The position numbers and the translations under genes are program-made. From Myxococcota bacterium (lineage in GTDB: Bacteria > Myxococcota_A > JAVEVO01): a stretch of 40,986 bases of DNA. The notes beneath the pieces were generated by a model. That model was given only the letters and a program-made list of their open reading frames with translations, had not been told where the DNA came from and searched no databases. The stretch is from positions 1-40,986 of the forward strand of contig JAVEVO010000055.1 in assembly GCA_034005005.1 (NCBI GenBank), read 5' to 3'. Shown here in pieces: positions 26,541 to 38,716 of the stretch (the stretch's first letter is position 1; the number at the start of each line of letters is the position of its first letter).

Positions 26541-29500
26541 TCAGGACCAGATCAGGTGTTTGCGACGTAAAAAGCGCATCACGGGTTGCGTGTAGCCCGG
26601 GCTGAGGCCATAGCTCCCGGGCTCCGTCTCCTCGACGATCCCGAGCCGCTGCAGGTTGCGCAGCAAGGCGACGAGCCCCTCCTCGGGGTGACGCAGCACC
26701 CGGCTCGCCTCCGCCGCGGTCAGGGAGCGGTGGAGCAGCAAGGCGGTCAGGAGGAAGCGGTTGGGAGCGGCCAGCTCCTCGAGGACGGTCACGTCGGGAG
26801 TCCGGAAGAGGTGCACCCGGACCTCCCCCTCGTCCGCGGGGACCAGGGAGCGCAGCCAGTAGTGCATGGCGGTACGGGGGTTGCCGTCCGCGTAGTCCCA
26901 GAGCAGGCGGCGGAACCGCTCACCTGTGCGCACTACCTCGTCGTGGATCGCCCGGCCGTCGAGGGAGTCGAGGAGCAAGTCCTCGTAAGAACAGGAGAAT
27001 CCCGAGATGGCCATGCGCCGCGCGATCAGCTCGCCGATCTCGGCCTCGCTCCACGTGGGGAGTGCGAAGGCCTGATCGAAGGGGTCGAGGCCTTGGACCT
27101 GGCTGTGCAGCCGGTCCCAGGCGAGCTGGCCGAAGGCGCAGACCCAGGCGTGACGGGGCGCGGTGGCCGCGATCAGCGTGGCCAGCGCCTCGAAGCCGGC
27201 CCCCCCGCCGACGACCCGCAGGTAGAGCTGCTCGCAGCCATCGAGCAAGATGAGGCGTGGCGACTCGTGGGCCAGCCAGCCGGGCAGGTCCTCCGTGGGG
27301 GGGAGGCCGAGCCGCTCCCGCAGCAGCGCGAGCAGGTCCGCGGGCGAGGAGAGGTGGCCGGGGATCCGCACCAGCAGGGGCCGCTGCTCGGGGTGACGAC
27401 GCTGCAGCGCGACGAGGTAGGAGCTCTTGCCGACGCCCTGGGCGCCGACCAGGGCCACGACGCAGGAGCGGCCCTGCTGCTGCCAGGCCTCGAGCATCGC
27501 CTGCAGCCGCTCGTGGTGCGGCCAGCGGGGGACCACGGCGGCCTCGTCCGGCAGACCGTCGGCGAACGCGGCGCGCAAGGTGGCGGGCAACTGCTGGACG
27601 TCGGTCTGACCGTGACCGCGCGTCTCGGCCTGGCGCTCGAGCTGTCGGCGGAAGAGGAAGGCCAGCGCCCGGCGCGTCTGCTCGAAGCCGAGCAGCAGGT
27701 TCTTGGCCGACTCGGTGAGGCCACGCGCCGCCACCCCCCCGAACGCGAGCAGGGCGACGAAGAAGCCCAGCCGCTGGCCCCGGGTGCGGGCGACCAGGCC
27801 GGCGAGCCGGCTCTGCGGGTAGATCCGCAAGAAGGCATCGGCGATGTCGTCCCGCCACCGGTAGATCAGCAGCAGCACCACGGGCACCAGGCCCAGGAGG
27901 AAGAGGTCGCTCACCAGCTCGTAGAGGTATCCCGGCCCCTCCGTCTCCGCGATCAGCACCCGCGCGAGCAAGGCCACCAGCAGGAAGCGACCGAGGACCC
28001 GCAGGGAGGCGAGGATCCGCTCGCTGACCACCGGGGACACCTCGATCCGGCGCAGCAACCCCCGGCTGGTGAGCAGGTGATGGGCCGCGGCCAGGGCCAG
28101 CCGGTACCAGGCATAGCCGAGGACCAGGGTCCGCAGCAGCGCGAGCTCCGCGACGCCGTCCGGTTCGAGCAGGGCGAACAGGGCCAGGCAGAACAGCAGG
28201 ATCCCGATCTCCCGGGCGATGGCCACCCCGAAGGCGAGCCAGCCGTCGATCAGCAGGCCGGCGCTGCGGCCCTTGACCCGGCTGACCAGGAAGTTCCGCC
28301 CGAGCTGCAGCCAGCTCTGGTAGCGAGGCCGCAGGAACAGCAGGAGGCCGACGAGCAGGGCCAGCTCGAGCAGCCGCCAGCTCAGCAGCCCGAGGTTGAC
28401 GGGGTCCCGCAAGGCCTGGCCCCAGTCCCGCAGCGAGTGCCAGCGCTGGTGGGGGAACCAGCGGGCGGCCAGCCGGAGATCGCCGAGCTCCCGGCCGAGC
28501 TGCTGCAGCCCCTCCCGGGTGGTGAGGCCGAGCAAGAGGTCGCGCTTGGCCGGGCTCAGCCGGGAGAGCAGCCGGGTCCGCTCCTGGTTGAGGGTGTCGA
28601 TGCTCGCGGCCAACCCCGCGGCCCGCCGGAAGCGCTGCTCCCGCTCTTCCCGGGCGAGCAGCAGGGTCTCCTCGGTCAAGGCGGAGAGCCCGTGCCGCAG
28701 GGCGGCCCGGGGGAGGGAGGGCTGCTGGTAGGGTGGCTGCGTGGTGTCGATCTGGGGGCTGAACGCGGGCTGGGCGCTGGGCGCGGCCAGCTCGTCCAGG
28801 GCCTGGTGCAGTTGCTGACGCAGGCGCTGGAGCCGCTCGACCAGGGTGTCGTACAGCCTGTCCGCTTCGGTCGGCGGCAGGTCGGGCGGCGCGAGGCGTC
28901 GCCGGAGCTCCTGCTCCTCGCTCAGGCGGGCCGCCTCGGCCTCGTTCTCCTGCTGGCGGCGCTGCGCGAGCTCGCCGCGCAGGGTCGCGATGGCTCCCCG
29001 GGCCGCCTCGACCCGCGCCAGCTCCAGGGAGAGCTCGCGGGCGAGGTGGTCCGCGGTCCGGCGGCTCTCGGCGAGGGCCTCGCGGCGCGCGGCCTCGGCC
29101 CGCTGGGCCGCGAGGTCGGCCTCCCGGCGGGCGAGGGCCGCGGCCTCCTGCTCCTGGCGGACCCGCTGACGCTCGGCCGCGACCTGGACGAGCTTCAGGC
29201 GCGTGGCCCGCGGCAGCTCGAAGAGCTGCACCCGCAGTTGCTCCCGCTCCCGCTGCAGCTCGAGCAAGGCAACCTGCGCCGCGCTGGGGGGCGGGGCGGC
29301 CGCGGGCTGCTCGGCCGGGACCCCGGCGTCCTCGGTCGGGGGAGGTGGCGAGGGCGGGATACCTCCGTCATGTCTTTCTGTCGTCGTTGAATCTTTGGGT
29401 CTATCGATAGGCTTTTCCTGGCGGAGACCTGGTTCTTTCGTCTCCTGGTCGGCCGGTCCAGCTCCGGCATCGGCCGCCCCGGTCCCGTGGTCGGTGACTG

Positions 29501-29912
29501 GCTGGCCAGCATCGGGACTCGCCTTCGGGGGAGCCGCTGCCGGGGGAGGCGCCAGCCAGCGCTGGCGCTGGGCGGTCAGCTCCTGCACCCGCCGGGCCGC
29601 CAGCCGCCGCGCGGCCTCCACTGCGGCCTCGTCCGCCAGGTCGATCTCGATCAGGGCGGTCAGCAGCGGCTCCTCGGGGAGCTCGCCGCGCAGCAGCCCG
29701 CCGAGCAGGGCGATCTCGCTGCGCAGGGTGTCGTGCGGGGCCGTGTCGGTCGCCCCGGGCGGGCTGGTCGGACCCGGCGGCGGTCCGGTCGGGTCCGGTG
29801 GGGGATCGGCCTGCGCGCCGCCGCCGAGCAGCAGCAGCAGGGCCAGGCAGCCTGGCCGGACCACCCTGGCGGCAGCCGACCCGGGAGGGGGACGGAGGAT
29901 CCAGCAGTACAT
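26541..29912 (-). CDS. large envelope protein with signal peptide, periplasmic coiled coil, polytopic TM domain and C-terminal P-loop NTPase (AAA-like) domain
   Basis: 1123 aa. Signal peptide RPGCLALLLLLGGGAQA. About 400 aa are E/R/A/L-rich heptad-like coiled coil. About 6-8 hydrophobic helices span roughly residues 470-760. Walker A is LVGAQGVGKSSYL and Walker B is RLILLDGCEQ. The gene contains a rare-codon island at about 29375..29440. Confidence 0.7.
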   Translation of the reverse strand: MYCWILRPPPGSAAARVVRPGCLALLLLLGGGAQADPPPDPTGPPPGPTSPPGATDTAPHDTLRSEIALLGGLLRGELPEEPLLTALIEIDLADEAAVEAARRLAARRVQELTAQRQRWLAPPPAAAPPKASPDAGQPVTDHGTGAADAGAGPADQETKEPGLRQEKPIDRPKDSTTTERHDGGIPPSPPPPTEDAGVPAEQPAAAPPPSAAQVALLELQREREQLRVQLFELPRATRLKLVQVAAERQRVRQEQEAAALARREADLAAQRAEAARREALAESRRTADHLARELSLELARVEAARGAIATLRGELAQRRQQENEAEAARLSEEQELRRRLAPPDLPPTEADRLYDTLVERLQRLRQQLHQALDELAAPSAQPAFSPQIDTTQPPYQQPSLPRAALRHGLSALTEETLLLAREEREQRFRRAAGLAASIDTLNQERTRLLSRLSPAKRDLLLGLTTREGLQQLGRELGDLRLAARWFPHQRWHSLRDWGQALRDPVNLGLLSWRLLELALLVGLLLFLRPRYQSWLQLGRNFLVSRVKGRSAGLLIDGWLAFGVAIAREIGILLFCLALFALLEPDGVAELALLRTLVLGYAWYRLALAAAHHLLTSRGLLRRIEVSPVVSERILASLRVLGRFLLVALLARVLIAETEGPGYLYELVSDLFLLGLVPVVLLLIYRWRDDIADAFLRIYPQSRLAGLVARTRGQRLGFFVALLAFGGVAARGLTESAKNLLLGFEQTRRALAFLFRRQLERQAETRGHGQTDVQQLPATLRAAFADGLPDEAAVVPRWPHHERLQAMLEAWQQQGRSCVVALVGAQGVGKSSYLVALQRRHPEQRPLLVRIPGHLSSPADLLALLRERLGLPPTEDLPGWLAHESPRLILLDGCEQLYLRVVGGGAGFEALATLIAATAPRHAWVCAFGQLAWDRLHSQVQGLDPFDQAFALPTWSEAEIGELIARRMAISGFSCSYEDLLLDSLDGRAIHDEVVRTGERFRRLLWDYADGNPRTAMHYWLRSLVPADEGEVRVHLFRTPDVTVLEELAAPNRFLLTALLLHRSLTAAEASRVLRHPEEGLVALLRNLQRLGIVEETEPGSYGLSPGYTQPVMRFLRRKHLIWS

Positions 29913-29976
29913 CGTGCCCTCGCGCCGGGGGAGGAGCGGTTCCTCGCCCGGGGTCGGATCCGCTCCTCTTTCTACC

Positions 29977-31233
29977 TCATCTGGCGCGTGTCGTGAGGAG
30001 GAGATCCGCCAGCCCCGGATCGACTCGCCCCAACTCCTCCACGAACCGGGGGACGACCCCGTGGGTCACGAAGCGTCCACCGCCGGCCGGGTCCCAGCTA
30101 TACAGGTCGACCACCTCGGGCGGGTCCTCCCCGCGCGGGGGGCGAACCTCGGCGAGGTGGGTCACCCGGCGCACGCCGTCGGGCAGCAGGGCGACCTGGA
30201 CGACGAGCTGCAGGCCGGCCGCCACCATGCTGCGCACCGAGCGGAGGGGGACGTTGCCCAGCGCGAGGAGGGCGAGGTGCTCCAGCCGGAGCAGAGCCTG
30301 CTCGGGAGTGGCCGCGTGGATCACCGCGAGGGTCCCCCGGTGGCCGCTGTTGACCGCCTGGAGCAGCTCCGCGGCCTCCCGGCCGCGCAGCTCGCCCACG
30401 AGGATCCGGCTCGGCCGCATCCGCAGGCAGTTGGCGAACAGCTCGCCGGGGGTGATCTCGCCCCGGCCCTCGAGGTTGGGCGGCCGGGTCAGCAGCCGGG
30501 CGACGTTGGGCTGCGTGAGCTGCAGCTCTGGCGTGTCCTCGATGGTGACGATGCGCTCCGTGGGCGGGATCAGCCGGGAGAGCACCTCGAGCAGGGTGGT
30601 CTTCCCCGCGCCGGTCGCGCCGGCGCAGAGCATGTTCTGCCCCGAGACCACGCAGGCGCGCAGGAAGCGGGCCAGGGGCTCGCAGAGGGTGCCCAGGGCC
30701 ACCAGCCGCTCCAGGGAGTCGATCTGGCGGGAGAAGCGGCGGATCGTCAGGTGGGGCCCGCCGAGCACGGCTGGCGGGATGATCGCGTTGACCCGGGAGC
30801 CGTCGGGCAGCAGCAGGTCGAGGAAGGGGGAGGCCTCGTCCAGGCGCCGCCCGGCGGCACGCACCAGCTTCTCCAGGTGGTAGCGCAGGTGGGCCTCGTC
30901 GTCGAAGCGGCAATCGACCAGGTCCTTCCGGCCGCGGCGCTCGACGAACACCGCGGCGTGGCCGTTGACCATGATCTCGCTCACCGCCGGGTCCTCCAGG
31001 AGCGGCTGGAGGGGGCCGTAGCCGAGCACGTCGTCGACCACGGCCTCGGCCAGGGAGAGGCGCTGCGCGACGGGGACGGAGTAGCCCTCGCGCCCGAGCC
31101 GGCCGAGCAGCTCGAGCGCTAGGGGGAGCAGCGCCTCCGGGACGAGCAGGTCCGGCGTGCCGCTGGCCAGGCGTTGCACCAGGCGCTGTCGCAGGGCGTT
31201 CTTGAGCTGGATCTCGTTCGCGGCCGAGTTCAC
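29977..31233 (-). CDS. CpaF/TadA/VirB11-family secretion ATPase
   Basis: 419 aa from a GTG start preceded by GCAGGAGGTGAG. The family N-terminal block is LGYGPLQPLLEDPAVSEIMVNG. Walker A is CAGATGAGKTTLL. The Asp box and His box are VGELRGREAAELLQAVNSGHRGTLAVIHA. The ORF-track N-terminus upstream of the GTG is the reverse frame of the MVP poly-DE tail. Confidence 0.85.
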   Translation of the reverse strand: MNSAANEIQLKNALRQRLVQRLASGTPDLLVPEALLPLALELLGRLGREGYSVPVAQRLSLAEAVVDDVLGYGPLQPLLEDPAVSEIMVNGHAAVFVERRGRKDLVDCRFDDEAHLRYHLEKLVRAAGRRLDEASPFLDLLLPDGSRVNAIIPPAVLGGPHLTIRRFSRQIDSLERLVALGTLCEPLARFLRACVVSGQNMLCAGATGAGKTTLLEVLSRLIPPTERIVTIEDTPELQLTQPNVARLLTRPPNLEGRGEITPGELFANCLRMRPSRILVGELRGREAAELLQAVNSGHRGTLAVIHAATPEQALLRLEHLALLALGNVPLRSVRSMVAAGLQLVVQVALLPDGVRRVTHLAEVRPPRGEDPPEVVDLYSWDPAGGGRFVTHGVVPRFVEELGRVDPGLADLLLTTRAR

Positions 31234-31261
31234 CCTCACCTCCTGCGCGGCCTCGGGGGGG

Positions 31262-34199
<2,938 letters not shown>

Positions 34200-34376
34200 G
34201 CCCCTGCACCTCCGGCGCGCCCGCGAGGCTTGGGAGCGCCCCTGATTCCGTGTTCGAACCGCGGCAGCATCGCATGACCGGCCGGCGGAGTCGACGGGTT
34301 GGGGTGGCCGCGCGCCCCTCGCCGGTGTAGGGTGGCGTGGTCGGGCCGGTCGTGCGGTCGGCCCCGGGAGTGACTC
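34200..34376. promoter_or_regulatory. divergent intergenic region between MVP-operon start and HMG-CoA synthase gene (promoters expected, none confidently identified)
   Basis: A 177-bp non-coding gap separates two divergent starts that each have good ribosome-binding sites. It includes a relatively AT-rich core gattccgtgttcgaaccgcggcagcatcgcatgac. Confidence 0.3.
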
Positions 34377-35906
34377 GTGATCGAGCGGTTGGGCAGCTCC
34401 CCCTTTGGCATCAGCGGCTTCGCCCTCTGCGTGCCCCGTCCCCGGGTCCAGCTCGCGCAGTGGTGCCGCTGGACCGGCCGGAGCTGGCCCGCGCTGCAGG
34501 CCCGGGTGGGGGAGAGCTTCCGGCTCTGCGGTCCGGGCGAGTCGATCTACACCCTGGCGGCCGGGGCGGTCTTGCGCCTGATCCGCGCCCACGACGTCGA
34601 CCCGCGCCGGGTCGGGCTGCTCGCGCTCGGCACCGAGTCGAGCACCGACAACTCCGCGGGCGCGGTGATCCTCAAGGGGATGCTCGACGAGGCCCTCGTC
34701 CGCCTGGGGCGCCCGCCCCTCGCCCGGAGCTGCGAGGTCCCCGAGGTCAAGCACGCCTGCCTCGGTGGGGTGTACGCGCTCAAGGCCGCCCTGCGCTACG
34801 TCGCCGGCGATGGCCGCGGGCGACAGGCCATCGTCGTCGCCGCGGACCGGGCCCTGTACGCCCGGGGCAGCACCGGCGAGGAGACCCAGGGCGCGGGCGC
34901 GGTCGCCCTGCTCGTGGAGGAGGCCCCCCGCCTGCTCACCGTCGATCTCCTCCGGGCCGGCTCCGTCGCCCAGTACCGGGGGCCCGACTTCCGCAAGCCC
35001 CTGCTCGGCCCGCCGGCCGCCCCCGGGCTGCCGGCCCTCCCCCGGGAGAACCTCGAGCACCCCGTCTTCAACGGCCGCTACACCACGGTCTGCTACATCG
35101 ACGGGGTGCGCGGCGCGGTGGAGGAGCTGCTCGCCCGCTCGGGGCTGCCGGCCCGGAGGCTCTACCACGAGGTGGCCGCGGTCTTCATGCACCGGCCCTA
35201 CCATCGGCTGCCCTACAACGCGCTCGCGGCCCTGTACCTGTGGGCCCTGCGGGAGGCGCCTGAGCATCAGGAGGAGCTGAAGTCCCATTGCGATGCCGCC
35301 GAGGTGGACTTCGGTACCGTGATGGCCGAGCTCGCGAGTCACCCGGACCTCTACGCCGGCTTCCTCGCCGGGCAGCACGGCGGCGAGGTCTACGCTGCGG
35401 CCATGCAGGTCGCGCGCCACTTTCGCACCAGCGCGAAGTTCGCCGAGGTGGTGGCCGGGAAGATGCGGCTCGGCGTCCAGACGATGCGGGAGCTCGGCAA
35501 CCTCTACAGCGCGGCCCTGCCGGCCTGGATCGCGGCCGGGCTCGTCGAGGCCCGGGCGGAGGGGGTGGAGCTCGCGGGGGAGCTGCTGCTGGCCATCGGC
35601 TATGGCAGCGGCGACGCGGCCGAGGCCCTCCCCCTCCGGGTGGTGCCGGGCTGGCAGCAGGCCGCGGGCCGGATCGGCCTGACCGCGGCCCTCGCCGCCC
35701 CCCTCGACCTGGATGCGGAGCAGTACGCAGCCCTGCACGCGGGGGGCGCGCCCCCCGGGTTCGCGAGCGAGCCGGCGGGCGGGTTCGCGGTGGCGCGCGT
35801 CGGGACCGCGGCCGGGCCCACGGTCTGGGACCTCGGCGTCGACTACCACCGGTTCCAGGACGAGGGGCAGAGGCCCGACCCGACAGGCTCGGCGGTCGAG
35901 GGTTGA
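34377..35906 (+). CDS. hydroxymethylglutaryl-CoA synthase family protein
   Basis: Motifs GTESSTDNSAG, the active-site Cys region HACLGGVYALKAAL, and the C-terminal GYGSGDAAEA. The GTG start has GGGAG 7 nt upstream. Length is 509 aa. Confidence 0.8.
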   Translation: MIERLGSSPFGISGFALCVPRPRVQLAQWCRWTGRSWPALQARVGESFRLCGPGESIYTLAAGAVLRLIRAHDVDPRRVGLLALGTESSTDNSAGAVILKGMLDEALVRLGRPPLARSCEVPEVKHACLGGVYALKAALRYVAGDGRGRQAIVVAADRALYARGSTGEETQGAGAVALLVEEAPRLLTVDLLRAGSVAQYRGPDFRKPLLGPPAAPGLPALPRENLEHPVFNGRYTTVCYIDGVRGAVEELLARSGLPARRLYHEVAAVFMHRPYHRLPYNALAALYLWALREAPEHQEELKSHCDAAEVDFGTVMAELASHPDLYAGFLAGQHGGEVYAAAMQVARHFRTSAKFAEVVAGKMRLGVQTMRELGNLYSAALPAWIAAGLVEARAEGVELAGELLLAIGYGSGDAAEALPLRVVPGWQQAAGRIGLTAALAAPLDLDAEQYAALHAGGAPPGFASEPAGGFAVARVGTAAGPTVWDLGVDYHRFQDEGQRPDPTGSAVEG

Positions 35907-35972
35907 TCCCCACCCCCCGCCCTGGCTAAGCTCCAGGAGTCTGTGCCCCGTGCGTCCCCCCGGAGGTCGGCC

Positions 35973-37154
35973 ATGAGGTGTCGAGGTCTGCGTCCTGGCG
36001 GCCGCCCGGCCCGCTTCCGCTTCCCCGTCTGGCCGTTGCCGTTCGTCTTGCTCGGGCTCGGCCTCGCGGGCTGCAGCCTCACGGGGGTCGCCGGCCCCCT
36101 CGGGGCCCTGCTGCTCGTGCTCTCCCTGGCCCTCGGGCTCGGTGGCTGCCTCGCGGACTATGCCCGGCCCGCGGGGCGCACCGGCGAGGACGGGGGCGAG
36201 GGCGCGGACGCCGGGGGCGGGGGCGCGGACGCCGGGGGCGGGGGCTTCGACGGTGGGGGAGCCGCGGACGCCGGGACGCCCGACCTCGGCGACGTCCTCG
36301 CTGACCGTGACGGGGACGGCGTCCCGGATCGCGTCGACAACTGTCCCCTGGTCGCCAACCCGGCTCAGGAGGACGCGGACCGGGACGGCTGGGGCGATGC
36401 GTGCAGCCTACCCTGGGGCCTCTCTCCCTGCTGCGGCCCGGAGTGCGGGTACGACAGCGACGGCGACGGCCTCGCCGATCCCCTCGACCTCTGCCCCTGG
36501 ACCCCCGACCCCGCGTCCCGGGACGATGACGGCGACCGGCTCGGCGACGCCTGCGAGCTCACGGACGATCAGGACGGAGACGGCGTCCCCGATCGGCTGG
36601 ACAACTGCCCGCTGGTCGCCAACCCCGACCAGGCCAACACCGACGGCGAGGGCGACTTCACGGACCAGTACGGCGACGCCTGCGACCTGTGCCCCTACCC
36701 CGATATCGTCACTCCCTGCGGGGAGTTGTGCTGCTACGACGCGGACGGTGACGGGGTCGTCGGGGGCTACCTCCCCGCGGCCTCCGCCGGCTGTCCGACG
36801 AGGCCCGGGCTGCTGGACGACGTCTGTCCCTTCGTCCACGACCCCGAGCAGCGCGACGGGGACGGCGACCGGGTGGGCGATCGCTGTGACAACTGCCCGA
36901 CGGTGCCCAACCCCTTCCAGCTCGACCGGGACGGCGACGGGGTCGGGGACCTGTGCGCTCCTGCTGCGAAGCCCTTCGGCCCCTTCGGCTCCCGCACGCC
37001 GGAGCGGCAGCGGCTCCTCGAGCGGCTGCTGGCGGAGGGCGTCGTGCCGGCGCCGGTCTTCCTCGACGTCTACCCGGGTGAGCGCGCGCTGGCTCTGCAG
37101 GCCTTGCGCCGAGGCCTGCGCGTGCGCTTCGGCCTGGGCCGGGACCTCGCGTGA
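35973..37154 (+). CDS. lipoprotein with thrombospondin type-3 (TSP3) Ca-binding repeats, Cys-rich
   Basis: Lipobox [10 protein letters not shown]. The motif DxDxDGxxDxxDNCPxxxNPxQxDxD recurs 5 or more times ([34 protein letters not shown] ...). About 20 Cys are present. The GGAGG ribosome-binding site precedes the ATG at 35973. Confidence 0.8.
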   Translation: MRCRGLRPGGRPARFRFPVWPLPFVLLGLGLAGCSLTGVAGPLGALLLVLSLALGLGGCLADYARPAGRTGEDGGEGADAGGGGADAGGGGFDGGGAADAGTPDLGDVLADRDGDGVPDRVDNCPLVANPAQEDADRDGWGDACSLPWGLSPCCGPECGYDSDGDGLADPLDLCPWTPDPASRDDDGDRLGDACELTDDQDGDGVPDRLDNCPLVANPDQANTDGEGDFTDQYGDACDLCPYPDIVTPCGELCCYDADGDGVVGGYLPAASAGCPTRPGLLDDVCPFVHDPEQRDGDGDRVGDRCDNCPTVPNPFQLDRDGDGVGDLCAPAAKPFGPFGSRTPERQRLLERLLAEGVVPAPVFLDVYPGERALALQALRRGLRVRFGLGRDLA

Positions 37155-38203
37155 CCCTCGACCCGGCGCTGGCCCGGGCCTCCCTCGCCCTCGAGGTCAC
37201 CACCCGCTGCGCGTGGCGCTGCGCCCATTGCTACAACCCCGGGCCCGAGGATGCGGCCGCGCCCCGGGAGGAGCTGCCCGCCGCCGAGCTGGTCGGCTTG
37301 ACCCGCGCGGCCTTGCAGGCGAGCGGCCGGCGCCGGGTGCAGGTCACGGGGGGCGAGCCCCTGCAGCGCGACGACCTGCTGTCGATCCTGCGCGGGCTGC
37401 GGCAGGGGGGCGCGCAGCTCTCCCTGGCGACGAGCGGTGACGGGCTCGACGCGCCGCTCGCCCGGGAGCTCGCTCGGCTCGGGGTCGGCCCGGTCCAGCT
37501 CAGCTTGCTCGCGGCGCGCCGGGAGCTGCACGACCGGCTCAAGGGTCCGGGCAGCTTCGACAGCACCCTCGGGGCCATCGGCCATCTGCGCCGGCAGGGC
37601 CTCCCCGTGTCCGTCGCCTTCGTGTGCCGGCAGGACAACGCCGGGGAGTTCGCCGGGGTCCTCGAGCTCTGTCATGCCCTCGGCGTGCCGGCCATCGCGT
37701 TCAACCGCCTCTGCCTGGCCGGCGGGCGGTCGGTGCACAGCGCGGCGCTGTCCGCCTCGCCCGCGCAGCTCCGCGGTTGCCTCGACCTCGCGGAGTGGGC
37801 GGTGGTCCGCCTCGGGCTGCGGGTCCAGGTCGCAATCACCCTGCCCCACTGCCTCGTCGACACGGCGCGCACGCCGCATCTGCGCTTCGGCGGCTGCTCC
37901 CTGGCCAGCGACGTGCCCGGCTACACCCTCGATCCGGCAGGCAACCTGCGCGCCTGCAGCATCTCCTCGACGGTCCTCGGCAACCTCGGCCAGGAGAGCT
38001 GGGACGCCATCGTCGCGCGTGCCCGGCGGGAGTACTTCCCGGCCCGGACCGCGCTCTCGGCAGCCTGTGGAGCCTGCGCCCAGCGGGCGCGCTGCCGGGG
38101 CGGCTGCCGGGAGACCGCCTGGAGCCTGCACCGGGCGCCCGGGGGGGACGATCCCCTCGCCAGCCCCGCGCACCGGCTCCCCCTCACCCCCGCGGGAGAC
38201 TGA
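37151..38203 (+). CDS. radical SAM / SPASM-domain maturase (anSME / peptide-modifying type)
   Basis: N-terminal CAWRCAHC (Cx3Cx2C). C-terminal SPASM cysteines end with [14 protein letters not shown] (Cx2Cx5Cx3C). Length is 350 aa. The GTG start overlaps the TGA of the TSP3 lipoprotein gene. Confidence 0.8.
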   Translation: MTLDPALARASLALEVTTRCAWRCAHCYNPGPEDAAAPREELPAAELVGLTRAALQASGRRRVQVTGGEPLQRDDLLSILRGLRQGGAQLSLATSGDGLDAPLARELARLGVGPVQLSLLAARRELHDRLKGPGSFDSTLGAIGHLRRQGLPVSVAFVCRQDNAGEFAGVLELCHALGVPAIAFNRLCLAGGRSVHSAALSASPAQLRGCLDLAEWAVVRLGLRVQVAITLPHCLVDTARTPHLRFGGCSLASDVPGYTLDPAGNLRACSISSTVLGNLGQESWDAIVARARREYFPARTALSAACGACAQRARCRGGCRETAWSLHRAPGGDDPLASPAHRLPLTPAGD

Positions 38204-38219
38204 CCGGCGCGCCAGTCCC

Positions 38220-38248
38220 TTGACGCCGCCGTCGGGGATTCGTACACC
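38220..38248 (+). promoter_or_regulatory. candidate sigma-70-like promoter TTGACG-N17-TACACC upstream of panD
   Basis: Pattern-only call in the 90-bp gap before the 38294 start. Confidence 0.25.
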
Positions 38249-38293
38249 AGGCCGGGGCGGGGATCCTCGGCTGGCCGAGCGCGGAGCGGGACG

Positions 38294-38671
38294 ATGCAGC
38301 GTCGAATGCTCAAGAGCAAGATCCACCGGGCGACGGTGACCGCCGCCGACCTGAGCTACGAGGGGAGCGTCACCGTCGATCAGGTCCTGCTCCAGGCCGC
38401 GGACATCCTGCCGGGCGAGGCCGTCTGGATCTGGAACGTCACCAACGGGGCCCGGCTCGAGACCTACGCGCTGGAGGGGGAGCCCGGCTCCGGGGTGATC
38501 TGCATCAACGGCGCGGCCGCCCACCTCGTCCGGCCCGGCGATCTCGTCATCCTCGCCTCCTTCGTCCAGCTCGACGAGGCCGAGGTGCAGACCTTCCAGC
38601 CCCGGATCCTCTTCGTGGACGGGGCGAACCGGCTCGTCGCCGCACGCCCCGAGGTCCCCGGTCCCGCCTGA
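38294..38671 (+). CDS. panD: aspartate 1-decarboxylase
   Basis: 125 aa. [25 protein letters not shown] matches the PanD N-terminus, including the Gly-Ser self-cleavage site (YEGS). The NGAAAH...GD.VI pattern is conserved. Confidence 0.85.
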   Translation: MQRRMLKSKIHRATVTAADLSYEGSVTVDQVLLQAADILPGEAVWIWNVTNGARLETYALEGEPGSGVICINGAAAHLVRPGDLVILASFVQLDEAEVQTFQPRILFVDGANRLVAARPEVPGPA

Positions 38672-38716
38672 GCCCACCCCGTTGACCCCGGCGCGCTCTG
38701 GTGGGATCGTGCCCGG

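Noticed and set aside
34200-35849. N-terminal 550 aa of the 1526-aa ORF 31269..35849 as part of the MVP gene
   Set aside because: That upstream portion is R/G/P/A-rich junk antisense to the HMG-CoA synthase gene. The MVP similarity begins exactly at the ATG at 34199, which has a GGAGG ribosome-binding site and matches the MVP N-terminus.
36181-36250. Tandem 22-nt duplication ggcgcggacgccgggggcgggg x2 as a separate regulatory repeat
   Set aside because: It lies inside the TSP3 lipoprotein CDS and simply encodes a duplicated GADAGGG linker. It has no independent feature status.
34377-38671. A mevalonate pathway operon (because of HMG-CoA synthase)
   Set aside because: No HMG-CoA reductase, mevalonate or phosphomevalonate kinase, or diphosphomevalonate decarboxylase is adjacent. 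The neighbours are a TSP3 lipoprotein, a radical SAM/SPASM enzyme and panD.
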